DNA of 64,000 nt from Clostridia bacterium (GTDB lineage: Bacteria; Bacillota; Clostridia; Monoglobales; Firm-18), in contig JAZOOD010000027.1 of NCBI GenBank assembly GCA_045654805.1, positions 1,719 through 65,718 of the forward strand. Reading direction: 5' to 3'. A program made the translations under genes and the position numbers. Numbering within the stretch: position 1 is the stretch's first letter; each line of letters starts with the position of its first letter. Below the pieces are notes generated by a model, which was not told the DNA's origin, searched no databases, and saw nothing but the letters and a program-made list of their open reading frames with translations. Shown here piece after piece: positions 15,583-25,643 of the stretch.

Positions 15583-16996
15583 AAGCACACCTCCTGGAAG
15601 CAATACCCAAACCTATAAATATCCAAAAAATCGCAAAAACACGATAATTATACCACAAATAATCAAACATTCCCTGTAACAAACAACCTAAAATACCGGC
15701 AATTATTGCTGCACATAAAATACCATACATATTCTTTTTGCCAACGATGTAACCAACAAGTATTTTCTTCAACGAAATTATCATACCTGTTATAAACGTC
15801 AACAATCCACCTATACCTGTTTCAACAATAATTTGCAAATACAAATTATGTGAATGATGAGCAATTGTTGCATTATAGGCATAAATAGGATATATAGTGT
15901 TAAATGCTCCCTCTCCTACACCTACGCCTGTCCACCAATAATCCTTAATCATTCTAAGTGTACCAAGCCATATGTGTACTCTGTACGATGTTGATGAATC
16001 ACCCAAATTACCAATACTTAAAAATCTGTTAATCATACTGTCAGGTAAAACCATAGGTAAAAACAAAGCACCTATTAAACCAAGTAATACTAAGCGTTTA
16101 TCTATTAACAGTGCAAATACAATTGCAACAAGTATTATACCAACCCAACATCCACGTGACTGAGTAAATATAAGACAAAGCGCCCCGCAACACATTGCGA
16201 AAAAATAATAAATACGAGGTAACCACTTTTGAGAAGCATAAACCATTGCTGCACAAATAGGAATAAACATCAATAGATATTCACCTAAAACATTGGGATT
16301 ACCAAATGTTGAATAAACTCTAACGGAAATATCACTGAACATTTCCTCGTCTAACCAGGCATGTCCTATGTTGTTACCAAAGAAATTTTGATAAATCCCA
16401 TAAATTGATACCAAAAAACCTGAGGTTATAAAAGAAAAAATCATATTTTTGAATTTTATTTTATCAGTTCCGCAGGCAATAACCAAAAACATAAAGCAAA
16501 TGAATACTAGATATAAAGCAAATACCTTAATACTTGCAATTCTAGAATATGATGTAACAGAACAAATAAAAAACAAAATTATCAATAGAATAGCAGTCAT
16601 TCCAAATGCGTCTATTTTTATATTAAAATTATTCTTAACAATGCTATTTACAAAAAAAGATGCAAATGTCAATAAAGCTAGTGCAACACAGCCCATAGTA
16701 GGAATAATTGGTGCAAGAAAAATCATTGCATATACGCCAATTTCATAGTGAGAAAACAAATTTAAAAAAATACTGTCACTAATTTTTTCTCCAAATTTTC
16801 CACTTATATTAATACTAAATGTTTTGTTAATAAAAAGATTCAGCATTCGATAAAAAATACTATTATTTGATTTAATATCCTGCAGGTTTCTTGTAACCAG
16901 CCATCCAGCCTGACTTTCATTCCACTTGGAAGCGATTTTAAGGCACACTCTTTTTAAATATGAAAAAATAATACTATTTTCAAGAAAATTTGTCAT
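15554..16996 (-). CDS. O-antigen ligase / Wzy-like polytopic membrane protein
   Basis: About 10-12 TM segments and a Wzy_C-like loop (TQSRGCW). Confidence 0.7.
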   Translation of the reverse strand: MTNFLENSIIFSYLKRVCLKIASKWNESQAGWLVTRNLQDIKSNNSIFYRMLNLFINKTFSINISGKFGEKISDSIFLNLFSHYEIGVYAMIFLAPIIPTMGCVALALLTFASFFVNSIVKNNFNIKIDAFGMTAILLIILFFICSVTSYSRIASIKVFALYLVFICFMFLVIACGTDKIKFKNMIFSFITSGFLVSIYGIYQNFFGNNIGHAWLDEEMFSDISVRVYSTFGNPNVLGEYLLMFIPICAAMVYASQKWLPRIYYFFAMCCGALCLIFTQSRGCWVGIILVAIVFALLIDKRLVLLGLIGALFLPMVLPDSMINRFLSIGNLGDSSTSYRVHIWLGTLRMIKDYWWTGVGVGEGAFNTIYPIYAYNATIAHHSHNLYLQIIVETGIGGLLTFITGMIISLKKILVGYIVGKKNMYGILCAAIIAGILGCLLQGMFDYLWYNYRVFAIFWIFIGLGIASRRCACEEDFTHNK

Positions 16997-18489
16997 CTAA
17001 TCACCTCCCTGACCTCTTTGACCTTAAGTAAATATAAAGACACAGCATATACAACAGCCGATCCTGTCACTATAACACTCATACGTAACCATACATTTAA
17101 ATCATGAGTTATTTTGCTAATTAAAATTACAAAAACAGCCATCAATATTGATGCTATGGAAACTTTTAAAATATGAGTTAAAAGTGATAAATTTATAAGT
17201 TTAATATTACATTGAAGTGATACAATCAATACAATAGCTACCACAAATGTCGCAACAGCCGAGCTTAGAGCCAGACCGCTTACACCAAGATTCCATACCT
17301 TTATAGATAGAGAAGATAAAATAACCGAAACTAATATTCCAGATACAGATGCAATCATAGGAATTTTAGCATTCTTCATTGAATAAAAACACTTATTTAA
17401 AATTTCATTTATACCATATGCAATCATACCAAAAGCAAAAAAACGTAATGCAGAAGCAGTAAGCTTAACTGAGTATTCTGTAAACTCCCCTCGTCCATAA
17501 ACTAACATAATTATATCTTCTGAAAGTAATATCATACCTGTCATTATAGGTGCAATAATCAAAAACATTACCCTTATAGATTGTGTTAAAATTTCTGCAA
17601 AACCTTTGTTATCATCCGCACCAACCTTTTTTGATAAAGCAGGAAAAATATAATTAGTAATAGCAAAAACGAATACTCCCACTACTATAATGTAAAATCT
17701 GTTTGCATAATCTAGTGCGGGTCCTCCTCCGCTGATTGCAGAAGCATATCTTTTATTAACAAAAACTGAAATAGGCTGTACCCACGAACTTATTAATATC
17801 GGCAATGCCAAAATAACAGCTTCTTTTATTCCTGCATCCTTAAAATCAAAAGAAAATTTATATCTATATTTATTTTTGATAAGTGATGGAATTTGTATAA
17901 CAAACTGCATAGCCCAACCAACTAGCATTGCTATACATAACCCATATACATTATCAAAGAATAAAAGATAAATTATTATAACAACATTAGATACCATACT
18001 TATGATTGCCGGAATATTAAATTCTCCCAAGGATTGTAAAATTCCAACAAAAGCATATGCCAAAGTTGTAAAAATCGTAGTTGGCAATACAATAATCAAT
18101 AATTGTTGTAATAACTGCTGCGTAGATACATCAAGGTCTGGTGCAATAAACAGACCGATATATTTAGAAAATATCATACACAAAACACTTATTGCAGCAG
18201 AAATTAAAACCGTAATATTAATAAAATTGTTTGAAAATTCAACAGCACGTTTATTTTCACCTTTTTCCATATAGCCGTTAAAAATAGGAATAAATGTCGC
18301 AAGAACAGCGGCGCCTAGTGTAAAGTCAAATAACTGTACAGGTAAACTGCTTGCATAACTATAAGCAATTGCCTCCATACTCTCGATACCGTATTTTGCC
18401 GCTATAAATACATCTCTAAGCAGACCTGCAATCTTTGAAAAAAGTGTTGCTATCATCATAAAACTAACTGTCTTAACTGTACTTTTCAA
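16993..18489 (-). CDS. murJ: lipid II flippase MurJ/MviN
   Basis: 498 aa, about 14 TM segments, with the LLRDVFIAAKYG N-terminal motif. Confidence 0.85.
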   Translation of the reverse strand: MKSTVKTVSFMMIATLFSKIAGLLRDVFIAAKYGIESMEAIAYSYASSLPVQLFDFTLGAAVLATFIPIFNGYMEKGENKRAVEFSNNFINITVLISAAISVLCMIFSKYIGLFIAPDLDVSTQQLLQQLLIIVLPTTIFTTLAYAFVGILQSLGEFNIPAIISMVSNVVIIIYLLFFDNVYGLCIAMLVGWAMQFVIQIPSLIKNKYRYKFSFDFKDAGIKEAVILALPILISSWVQPISVFVNKRYASAISGGGPALDYANRFYIIVVGVFVFAITNYIFPALSKKVGADDNKGFAEILTQSIRVMFLIIAPIMTGMILLSEDIIMLVYGRGEFTEYSVKLTASALRFFAFGMIAYGINEILNKCFYSMKNAKIPMIASVSGILVSVILSSLSIKVWNLGVSGLALSSAVATFVVAIVLIVSLQCNIKLINLSLLTHILKVSIASILMAVFVILISKITHDLNVWLRMSVIVTGSAVVYAVSLYLLKVKEVREVIR

Positions 18490-18499
18490 TTATAATCCC

Positions 18500-18742
18500 C
18501 TATTCATCTTTAAGGTATTCTTTAAATAATTCCTCAACCAATTCATCACGTTCAAGCTTCATAATAAGTGCTCTGGCGTTATTATGACTTGTAATGTAAG
18601 TTGGGTCTCCTGACATAATGTACCCAACAAACTGGCTTATGGGATTATAACCTTTTTCCTTCAAAGCCTGATAAACTTCCATAATAATTTCTTTAGGATC
18701 AACCTTTTTATTCAAACCGTCAAACTTCATTGTTTCGCCCAT
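18500..18742 (-). CDS. ireB: IreB family regulatory phosphoprotein (UPF0297)
   Basis: [26 protein letters not shown]. Confidence 0.85.
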   Translation of the reverse strand: MGETMKFDGLNKKVDPKEIIMEVYQALKEKGYNPISQFVGYIMSGDPTYITSHNNARALIMKLERDELVEELFKEYLKDE

Positions 18743-18814
18743 AATATCAGCCTCCTGAATTTTTTAATAGATATGCTTTTTGCCAATACCCAAACGAGCA
18801 TTGGCAAAAAATAA

Positions 18815-21169
18815 TTAATTATCACGGATTTTCGCATCCAGTTCTTTTGATAATATTGAAATAATATCGTCGATAATAGGATTAACGTCATTATCTGACA
18901 AAGTCTTATCAGCATCTCTGAACTTAAGTGAATACGCAACACTCTTCTTTCCCTCAGCAATTTGCTGACCCTGATAAACGTCAAATAATTCGAAACTTTC
19001 GATAATATTTGTTTTTGTCTTTCTAAATACATCCTCAATAACGCGCACTGGAGTAGCAACGTCAACAACCATAGCAAGATCACGTGTTATTGCAGGGAAT
19101 TTTGGTAATCTCTTGTACTTCTTATCTGATTTTTTACATTCAAGCAACAAATTAAAGTCGATAACAGCAGCATAAACAGGTACATTGATACCAAAGTTCT
19201 TTTGCACACTGGGATGAACACGGCCGATAGTTGCAAGCTTTTTACGTCTTACATATATATTAGCTGTCTGTCCGGGATGGAAAACATTGTTATCCTTTTC
19301 AGCTTCAATTTCGTAATACTCAATACCAAAAGCTCTCAAAAGTTCTTCAACTGTTCCTTTAAGGACATAGTAATCAACATTTTTACCATACATTGCAATA
19401 TCAATATCCAACGTTTCGTCAGCAAGACCATCTTCACGAGGAATATATTTTGTTGCAAGTTCATAAAGATATGCTTCTTCATTACGGTAATTATAGTTTG
19501 TAGCAACAGTTTCAAGCATTGAACCTATCGTAACTGTTCTCATTATACTCTGGTCTTCACCCAAAGGATTTAATATTTTTACAGTATCATCCATTTCAAT
19601 GTTAAGTTTGTTATACATTTTTGGACTTACAAAAGAATAAGTTATAATTTCACTTAGCCCTTGTGCACACAAGGTATTTCTTACCAAATCCTCTGCTTTT
19701 TGCTTTTCATTTTTACCACCCAAAGTAGCTTCACCGGAAAGCAAGGTTGTAGGTATATTATTATAACCATAAATTCTTGCAATTTCCTCAGCTATATCAG
19801 GCTCTGCCTCCACGTCTGCACGATATGTTGGAACGTAAATGTCATCACCTTTAATATCAAAATCAAGCATTTTTAAAGTATCAATCATAAATTTTTCATC
19901 AATATCTGTTCCTAAAAATGCATTAATCTTCTCAGGACGGAATTTAATGACATTCTTTTCGGGTAATTTTGAATATACATCAACAACACCATCAACAACT
20001 TCACCTGCACCCAAAATATTAATAAGTTCGCAGGCTCTGTTAATAGCATCCATAGTATTATGAGGATCAAGACCCTTTTCATATCTTCCTGATGCTTCAG
20101 TACGTAAACCAATTTTCTTTGCAGAACTTCTTACTGAAGATCCATTAAACGTTGCACTTTCAAAGAGGATAGTTGTTGTATCATCAGCAATTTCGCTGTT
20201 TTCACCTCCCATAACACCTGCAATAGCTACCGGTTTTACAGCATCAGCAATTACAAGCATATTAGTGTCAAGTTCTCTTTCATTACCGTCAAGAGTTGTG
20301 ATTTTTTCGCCTTTTTCGGCACGTCTTACAACAATCTTACCACCTTCAAGAGTACGGATATCAAAAGCGTGCATTGGCTGGCCGTATTCCAGCATAACAT
20401 AGTTTGTTATATCAACTATGTTATTAATTGATCTTACACCGGACATTTCAAGTCTCATCTTCAGCCAATCTGGTGACGGTCCAATTTTAATATTTTTAAC
20501 TGCACGTGCAGTATATCTATAACATAAATCAAAATCTTTTACTTCAACATCTATATAATTTTTAACATCGTCACCGCAAGTTTTAACATCAGGAGTTTTA
20601 AGATTAAAAGGTCTATTATATGTTACGGAAACTTCACGTGCTAACCCTATAACACTTAGACAGTCAGGTCTGTTTGATGTAATTTCAAATTCCACAACAC
20701 TTTCATTTAATCCTAAAATATCTCTAATATCAGCTCCAACAGGAGTATCATCAGGTAAAATCAAAATACCTGTTGCAGGTTCTGTAGCTATACCCAATTC
20801 TTCTTCAGAACACATCATCCCACAGCTTTCAACGCCACGTAATTTACCCTTTTTAATTTTACCACCGGGTAAAGTTGCGCCGTCTCTTGCAACAGGAATA
20901 ATTGCACCTTCAAAAACATTAGTTGCACCTGTTACAATCTGCACCTCATCATTTTCACCAAAATATACTTGACATACAACAAGCTTGTCAGCATCAGGAT
21001 GTTTTTCAATCTTTGTAATTTTGCCCGTAAAGACGTTAATAATATTTTCGCCCTTACTTTCTACACCTTCAACCATTGAACCACTCATTGTAAGGTCAGC
21101 TGCAAACTGGTGAGGTGTAATATCCTTCATATCTACATAGTCGGAAAACCAACTCATTGGAACTTTCAT
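18815..21169 (-). CDS. pheT: phenylalanine--tRNA ligase beta subunit
   Basis: 784 aa, full-length domain order (tRNA-binding, B3/4, B5, FDX-ACB). Confidence 0.95.
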   Translation of the reverse strand: MKVPMSWFSDYVDMKDITPHQFAADLTMSGSMVEGVESKGENIINVFTGKITKIEKHPDADKLVVCQVYFGENDEVQIVTGATNVFEGAIIPVARDGATLPGGKIKKGKLRGVESCGMMCSEEELGIATEPATGILILPDDTPVGADIRDILGLNESVVEFEITSNRPDCLSVIGLAREVSVTYNRPFNLKTPDVKTCGDDVKNYIDVEVKDFDLCYRYTARAVKNIKIGPSPDWLKMRLEMSGVRSINNIVDITNYVMLEYGQPMHAFDIRTLEGGKIVVRRAEKGEKITTLDGNERELDTNMLVIADAVKPVAIAGVMGGENSEIADDTTTILFESATFNGSSVRSSAKKIGLRTEASGRYEKGLDPHNTMDAINRACELINILGAGEVVDGVVDVYSKLPEKNVIKFRPEKINAFLGTDIDEKFMIDTLKMLDFDIKGDDIYVPTYRADVEAEPDIAEEIARIYGYNNIPTTLLSGEATLGGKNEKQKAEDLVRNTLCAQGLSEIITYSFVSPKMYNKLNIEMDDTVKILNPLGEDQSIMRTVTIGSMLETVATNYNYRNEEAYLYELATKYIPREDGLADETLDIDIAMYGKNVDYYVLKGTVEELLRAFGIEYYEIEAEKDNNVFHPGQTANIYVRRKKLATIGRVHPSVQKNFGINVPVYAAVIDFNLLLECKKSDKKYKRLPKFPAITRDLAMVVDVATPVRVIEDVFRKTKTNIIESFELFDVYQGQQIAEGKKSVAYSLKFRDADKTLSDNDVNPIIDDIISILSKELDAKIRDN

Positions 21170-21183
21170 TGTAACACTACCCC

Positions 21184-22203
21184 CTAAAACTGTTTTAAGA
21201 AACGTAAATCATTTTCGTAAAACATACGAATATCATCTATGTCAAATCTTCTCATAACAATACGTTCCAAACCTATACCAAATGCAAAACCGCTGTAAAC
21301 TTCAGGGTCAATACCGCAAACTTTAAGTACTTTAGGATGCACCATACCTGCACCTAATATTTCAATCCAGCCCTCACCTTTACATACACGACAACCTGTA
21401 CCGTGACACGCAGGACAAGAAATATCAAGTTCAGCACTTGGCTCAGTAAACGGGAAGTGATGAGGTCTGAAACGAACCTGTATATCATCACCGTAAAGCT
21501 TTTTACAAAATACTTCCAATGTACCCTTAAGGTCCGCCATTGTTATTCCTTTATCAACTACAAGACCTTCTATTTGATGGAACAAAGGTGAATGTGTTGC
21601 ATCTAGGTTATCACTTCTAAAAACACGTCCCGGAGCAATAATTCTAATCGGTGGCTTTTGATTTTCCATAGTACGAACCTGACACGGAGATGTCTGTGTT
21701 CTTAAAAGTACATTATCACTGATATAAAAAGTATCCTGAGTATCTCTTGCCGGATGGTTCTTTGGTATATTCAAAGCCTCAAAATTATAGTAGTCGGTTT
21801 CAATTTCAGGTCCTTCTGAAATCTGGAATCCCATACCTATAAATATATCTTTGAGTTCATCGAGCACGACAGTAAGTGGATGTTTATTGCCAACGTACGT
21901 TGATTTACCGGGCAAAGTAACGTCGATAGTTTCCTCTGCCATTTTACGTTCTGTTACTTCTTTTTCAAGCTGAATGGAAATTTTAGAAATCTCTTCTTCT
22001 ATAAAGGCACGTACATCATTGGCTAGCTGTCCTATTATAGGTCTTTCTTCAGCAGAAAGCCCTCCCATACCTCTTAAAACATCAGTAAGCTTACCTTTTT
22101 TACCCAAATATTCAACTCTAAATGCTTCTAAAGAAGCTTTGTCATGTATATTTTTAATAACTTGCTTTGAGGATTCTCTTATTTCCTCAAGTTTTTCTCT
22201 CAT
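21184..22203 (-). CDS. pheS: phenylalanine--tRNA ligase alpha subunit
   Basis: Class II motifs ([23 protein letters not shown]). Start at MREKLEEI behind a GGGAGTGG SD. Confidence 0.95.
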   Translation of the reverse strand: MREKLEEIRESSKQVIKNIHDKASLEAFRVEYLGKKGKLTDVLRGMGGLSAEERPIIGQLANDVRAFIEEEISKISIQLEKEVTERKMAEETIDVTLPGKSTYVGNKHPLTVVLDELKDIFIGMGFQISEGPEIETDYYNFEALNIPKNHPARDTQDTFYISDNVLLRTQTSPCQVRTMENQKPPIRIIAPGRVFRSDNLDATHSPLFHQIEGLVVDKGITMADLKGTLEVFCKKLYGDDIQVRFRPHHFPFTEPSAELDISCPACHGTGCRVCKGEGWIEILGAGMVHPKVLKVCGIDPEVYSGFAFGIGLERIVMRRFDIDDIRMFYENDLRFLKQF

Positions 22204-22236
22204 ATATATACCACTCCCAAAATACAATCTTATTGT

Positions 22237-22265
22237 ATTATAACAAAAATTTTCCACACTTTCAA
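22237..22265 (-). promoter_or_regulatory. sigma-A promoter for pheST
   Basis: TTGAAA, 17 nt spacer, TATAAT. This leaves a 5' UTR of only about 30 nt. Confidence 0.6.
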
Positions 22266-22298
22266 GTGTTTAAGAAATATTATTTAACAAAGAATTTA

Positions 22299-25200
22299 CT
22301 AAATTAAAGGATAAATATGTGTTTCTTTAACAGACCTTCCGGTAGAAATTTCAAGACAATGTCTGTATAGTTCCAGCTGTTTTTTATATTTTTCCTTTAA
22401 ACTGCCTGTTTTGTAATCAATAATAATAAAATGATCATTTTCAATAAAACAACAGTCTATAACACCCTGCACAAGAATAGTTTCATCATTTGCCTCATAC
22501 CCTAGCTCATTTGCAGGTAAATCAACACAAAATTTAAATTCGCGATAAATTTGGTTTGAATTTAACATCCTCTTACCTATATCACTGCAAAAAAACGAAT
22601 ATATAGCTTCAATATCAATAACATCCTTGTACTTTCCATCAAAAATGCCATTATTAATCATTGAATCAATCTGTAATGATATTGCATCAACACTTTCAAC
22701 ATTATCAAGATTGATATTTTGTAATACAAAATGGATCAATGTACCCCTTTGAGAAGATGATATTTTATCATCTTTAAAATTAAATGAGGTAAGTTTTATT
22801 TCGTCATCAATAGATATTACCTCGCTGATTGATTTTTTTGAAGGAACAAATTTACTGTATGTATACGGATATTTAAAACTAAGACGCTTTGAAATATCAT
22901 CATAAAATTCCGAATAATCATTTATTATTTTATTATCTGATTTTTCTTCATAAAATTCCTCATCCATACCTAAAACATCTGATATATTATAAATTTTTGC
23001 CTCCGCAATACCATTAACATTTGTCAGTATCATATCAAGATAACATTTTTTTAATTTAATATTGTATGCATTACTGTCCGATGTATCATCAACAACCTCA
23101 TCTATAGCTTTTGAACCGATAATAATAAGCTTATATTTTGCTCTGGTAAGTGCAACATAAAGTAAACGTATTTCCTCTGAAATCAATTCATTAAACTTTT
23201 TTTCACACATTGCCTTTTTAACATATGGCGTGTACTTAAGATGACGTTTAATGTCAACAATATCCATTGCTATTCCAAATTCTTCATCAAAAATAAGTGG
23301 CTTTGATAAATCCATTTTATTAAATTGCAAATTAGATTCACACAAAAACACAACAGGAAATTCAAGACCTTTACTTTTATGAATAGACATAATATTTACA
23401 ACATTGTCGTTTTCGCTGATAAGTTTTGGTAAAGAATATTCATTATCACTTTCTATCATTGTTTTAACATATGAAATAAAGTGAGAAACACCTCGGTATC
23501 CCTTCTGCGAAAAAACATTTGCTCTTTCACATAAAAGATTTAGATTCATCGTTCTTACTTCACCATTTGAAAGACCACCTACAAATTGATAATATCCTGT
23601 ATCAAATACAATCTTTCGTACAACTGCTCCTACATCATTGAACTTTGCAAACTTTCTAAAATCATTAATCTTATTTATAAAATCAATAATTTTGTGATTA
23701 TCCGATTTTTTTAACAAATCATAAAGGTGTATTTTTTTATTTTCTGCCCTCATTTCTGCAATAAAATTATCATCAAAACCAAATATTGGACTTCTCATAA
23801 CTGCAAGGAGAGGAATATCCTGCAGTGGATTTTCAATAATTTTCAAAAAAGACATTACTGTTGCAATTTCTATACAGTTAAAATATCCGCCCGATTCTGC
23901 CGTATATACAGGAATACCCCTTTCGGCAAAAACTTCCGCATAAACAGATGCAATATTTTTTGTCTTACGCATAAGAACTACAATGTCTCTGTATGTTACA
24001 TTACGATAAGAATTTGTTGATTTATCAAAAATTTCCGGCTTTTGTTTTTCAACAAGCTCATAAATTCTGTTTGCAGTAAAAATAGCTTCCGCCTGTACTT
24101 TATCTACTTCTATTTCATCTAACGAATCTGACTTTGTATTTATAACATAACGCTCCACGGGGCAATCCAAATCGTTAATTTTTTCATTTCCGTAAACTAA
24201 AGTATGGTCTGAATTATATGTAACACCACCCAAATCGCTTATCATTAATCTCATAAAATAATCATTTATAGCATTGATAACCCCATTGCTGCTTCTAAAA
24301 TTTTTTGTAAGATTAATTTTTGTTCCCTCAGTTTTATAATCCGAATTAAAAGAGTTGTATTTTTCAATGAAATATCTTGGGTTGGAATTTCTGAAACCAT
24401 AAATACTTTGTTTTACATCACCAACCATAAACAGGTTTTTGCCATTTGATAGCATATCAAATAAATAAGCCTGAACACCGTTTGTATCCTGATATTCATC
24501 TACCAGTATTTCTTTATAAAAACCTTTCATATAATCTCGAATTTCAGTATTTTCTTCCAAAAGCTTAATTGCAAAATGTTCAAGGTCATTAAAATCCAGA
24601 ATATTTTCAATTCTTTTTAATGAAGAAAATTCTTCTTTGAAATCTATAACAAGATTGCAAATTGTCTTTATAAAAGGCGACATTAATTGTATTTCACTGA
24701 AGATTTCCTTATCCGTATAAAGGCATAAATCTGTTATTTTTGCAAATTCTTTCTTCGCATTATCTCTCACTTTTTTTACATATTCCGAACTTACAGGGTC
24801 AGCATTCTTTCCCTTCCTAGGCAATCTTTCAAAATTAAACGATAAAATCTTTTTATCGTCGATATTACGTGACAAGATTTCAAAAAAATCAAATTCATTA
24901 AGATAAATATCGTAATACGAATTTAAGTCAGCATCATTTTCAATAATGTCCAGTGCTTTTTTATATTCACTTTTTATACCATTTAATTGTTGTTTAATAC
25001 TTGTATGCACAATATCCTTAAAATGTTGAATCATATTTTCATTTTGCAAATTTGTAACACACACATTAAGCCAGTCAATCGGGTCAGGCAAACTTTCTGC
25101 AAAATTATAAACAGATAGAATAATTTCCAAAAGGTTATCGTCGTTTTTTTTACCGCCAAAGGCATCCACAGTATTGAAAAAATCAATGTTTCCTGATTTA

Positions 25201-25643
25201 TAGTATTTTTCTAAAACATATTCCAAAGCATTTTTTTTCAAAGAAGACAATTTGACTTCGTCAGCAATATCAAAATCACGTCTTATTCCAAGTAAATGAA
25301 AATTTTCACGTATTATATTCATACAAAAAGAATGAATTGTGGATATCTGTGCCTGTCCTAAAAGCATCAATTGTTCTTTAAGAAAAGTGTCGTCGGGATT
25401 TTCATTTATTTTCTGACGTAGGGCAATATATATTCTCTCCTGCATTTCCGATGCAGCGGCATTTGTAAATGTTGCAATTAATAGCTGATTAATATATACA
25501 GGATTTGTTTTATCGGTAATAATATCTATAACACGCTGCACCAATACGGCTGTTTTACCTGACCCTGCTGCCGCAGAAACAAGGGTATTACAATCTCTGA
25601 TTGTAATTGCTCTTTCTTGTTCAATTGTCCATTTCGTCGACAT
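22299..25643 (-). CDS. addA: ATP-dependent helicase/nuclease subunit A
   Basis: UvrD helicase motifs (AAAGSGKTAV) and a C-terminal nuclease. Start at MSTKWTIEQ. Confidence 0.92.
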   Translation of the reverse strand: MSTKWTIEQERAITIRDCNTLVSAAAGSGKTAVLVQRVIDIITDKTNPVYINQLLIATFTNAAASEMQERIYIALRQKINENPDDTFLKEQLMLLGQAQISTIHSFCMNIIRENFHLLGIRRDFDIADEVKLSSLKKNALEYVLEKYYKSGNIDFFNTVDAFGGKKNDDNLLEIILSVYNFAESLPDPIDWLNVCVTNLQNENMIQHFKDIVHTSIKQQLNGIKSEYKKALDIIENDADLNSYYDIYLNEFDFFEILSRNIDDKKILSFNFERLPRKGKNADPVSSEYVKKVRDNAKKEFAKITDLCLYTDKEIFSEIQLMSPFIKTICNLVIDFKEEFSSLKRIENILDFNDLEHFAIKLLEENTEIRDYMKGFYKEILVDEYQDTNGVQAYLFDMLSNGKNLFMVGDVKQSIYGFRNSNPRYFIEKYNSFNSDYKTEGTKINLTKNFRSSNGVINAINDYFMRLMISDLGGVTYNSDHTLVYGNEKINDLDCPVERYVINTKSDSLDEIEVDKVQAEAIFTANRIYELVEKQKPEIFDKSTNSYRNVTYRDIVVLMRKTKNIASVYAEVFAERGIPVYTAESGGYFNCIEIATVMSFLKIIENPLQDIPLLAVMRSPIFGFDDNFIAEMRAENKKIHLYDLLKKSDNHKIIDFINKINDFRKFAKFNDVGAVVRKIVFDTGYYQFVGGLSNGEVRTMNLNLLCERANVFSQKGYRGVSHFISYVKTMIESDNEYSLPKLISENDNVVNIMSIHKSKGLEFPVVFLCESNLQFNKMDLSKPLIFDEEFGIAMDIVDIKRHLKYTPYVKKAMCEKKFNELISEEIRLLYVALTRAKYKLIIIGSKAIDEVVDDTSDSNAYNIKLKKCYLDMILTNVNGIAEAKIYNISDVLGMDEEFYEEKSDNKIINDYSEFYDDISKRLSFKYPYTYSKFVPSKKSISEVISIDDEIKLTSFNFKDDKISSSQRGTLIHFVLQNINLDNVESVDAISLQIDSMINNGIFDGKYKDVIDIEAIYSFFCSDIGKRMLNSNQIYREFKFCVDLPANELGYEANDETILVQGVIDCCFIENDHFIIIDYKTGSLKEKYKKQLELYRHCLEISTGRSVKETHIYPLI

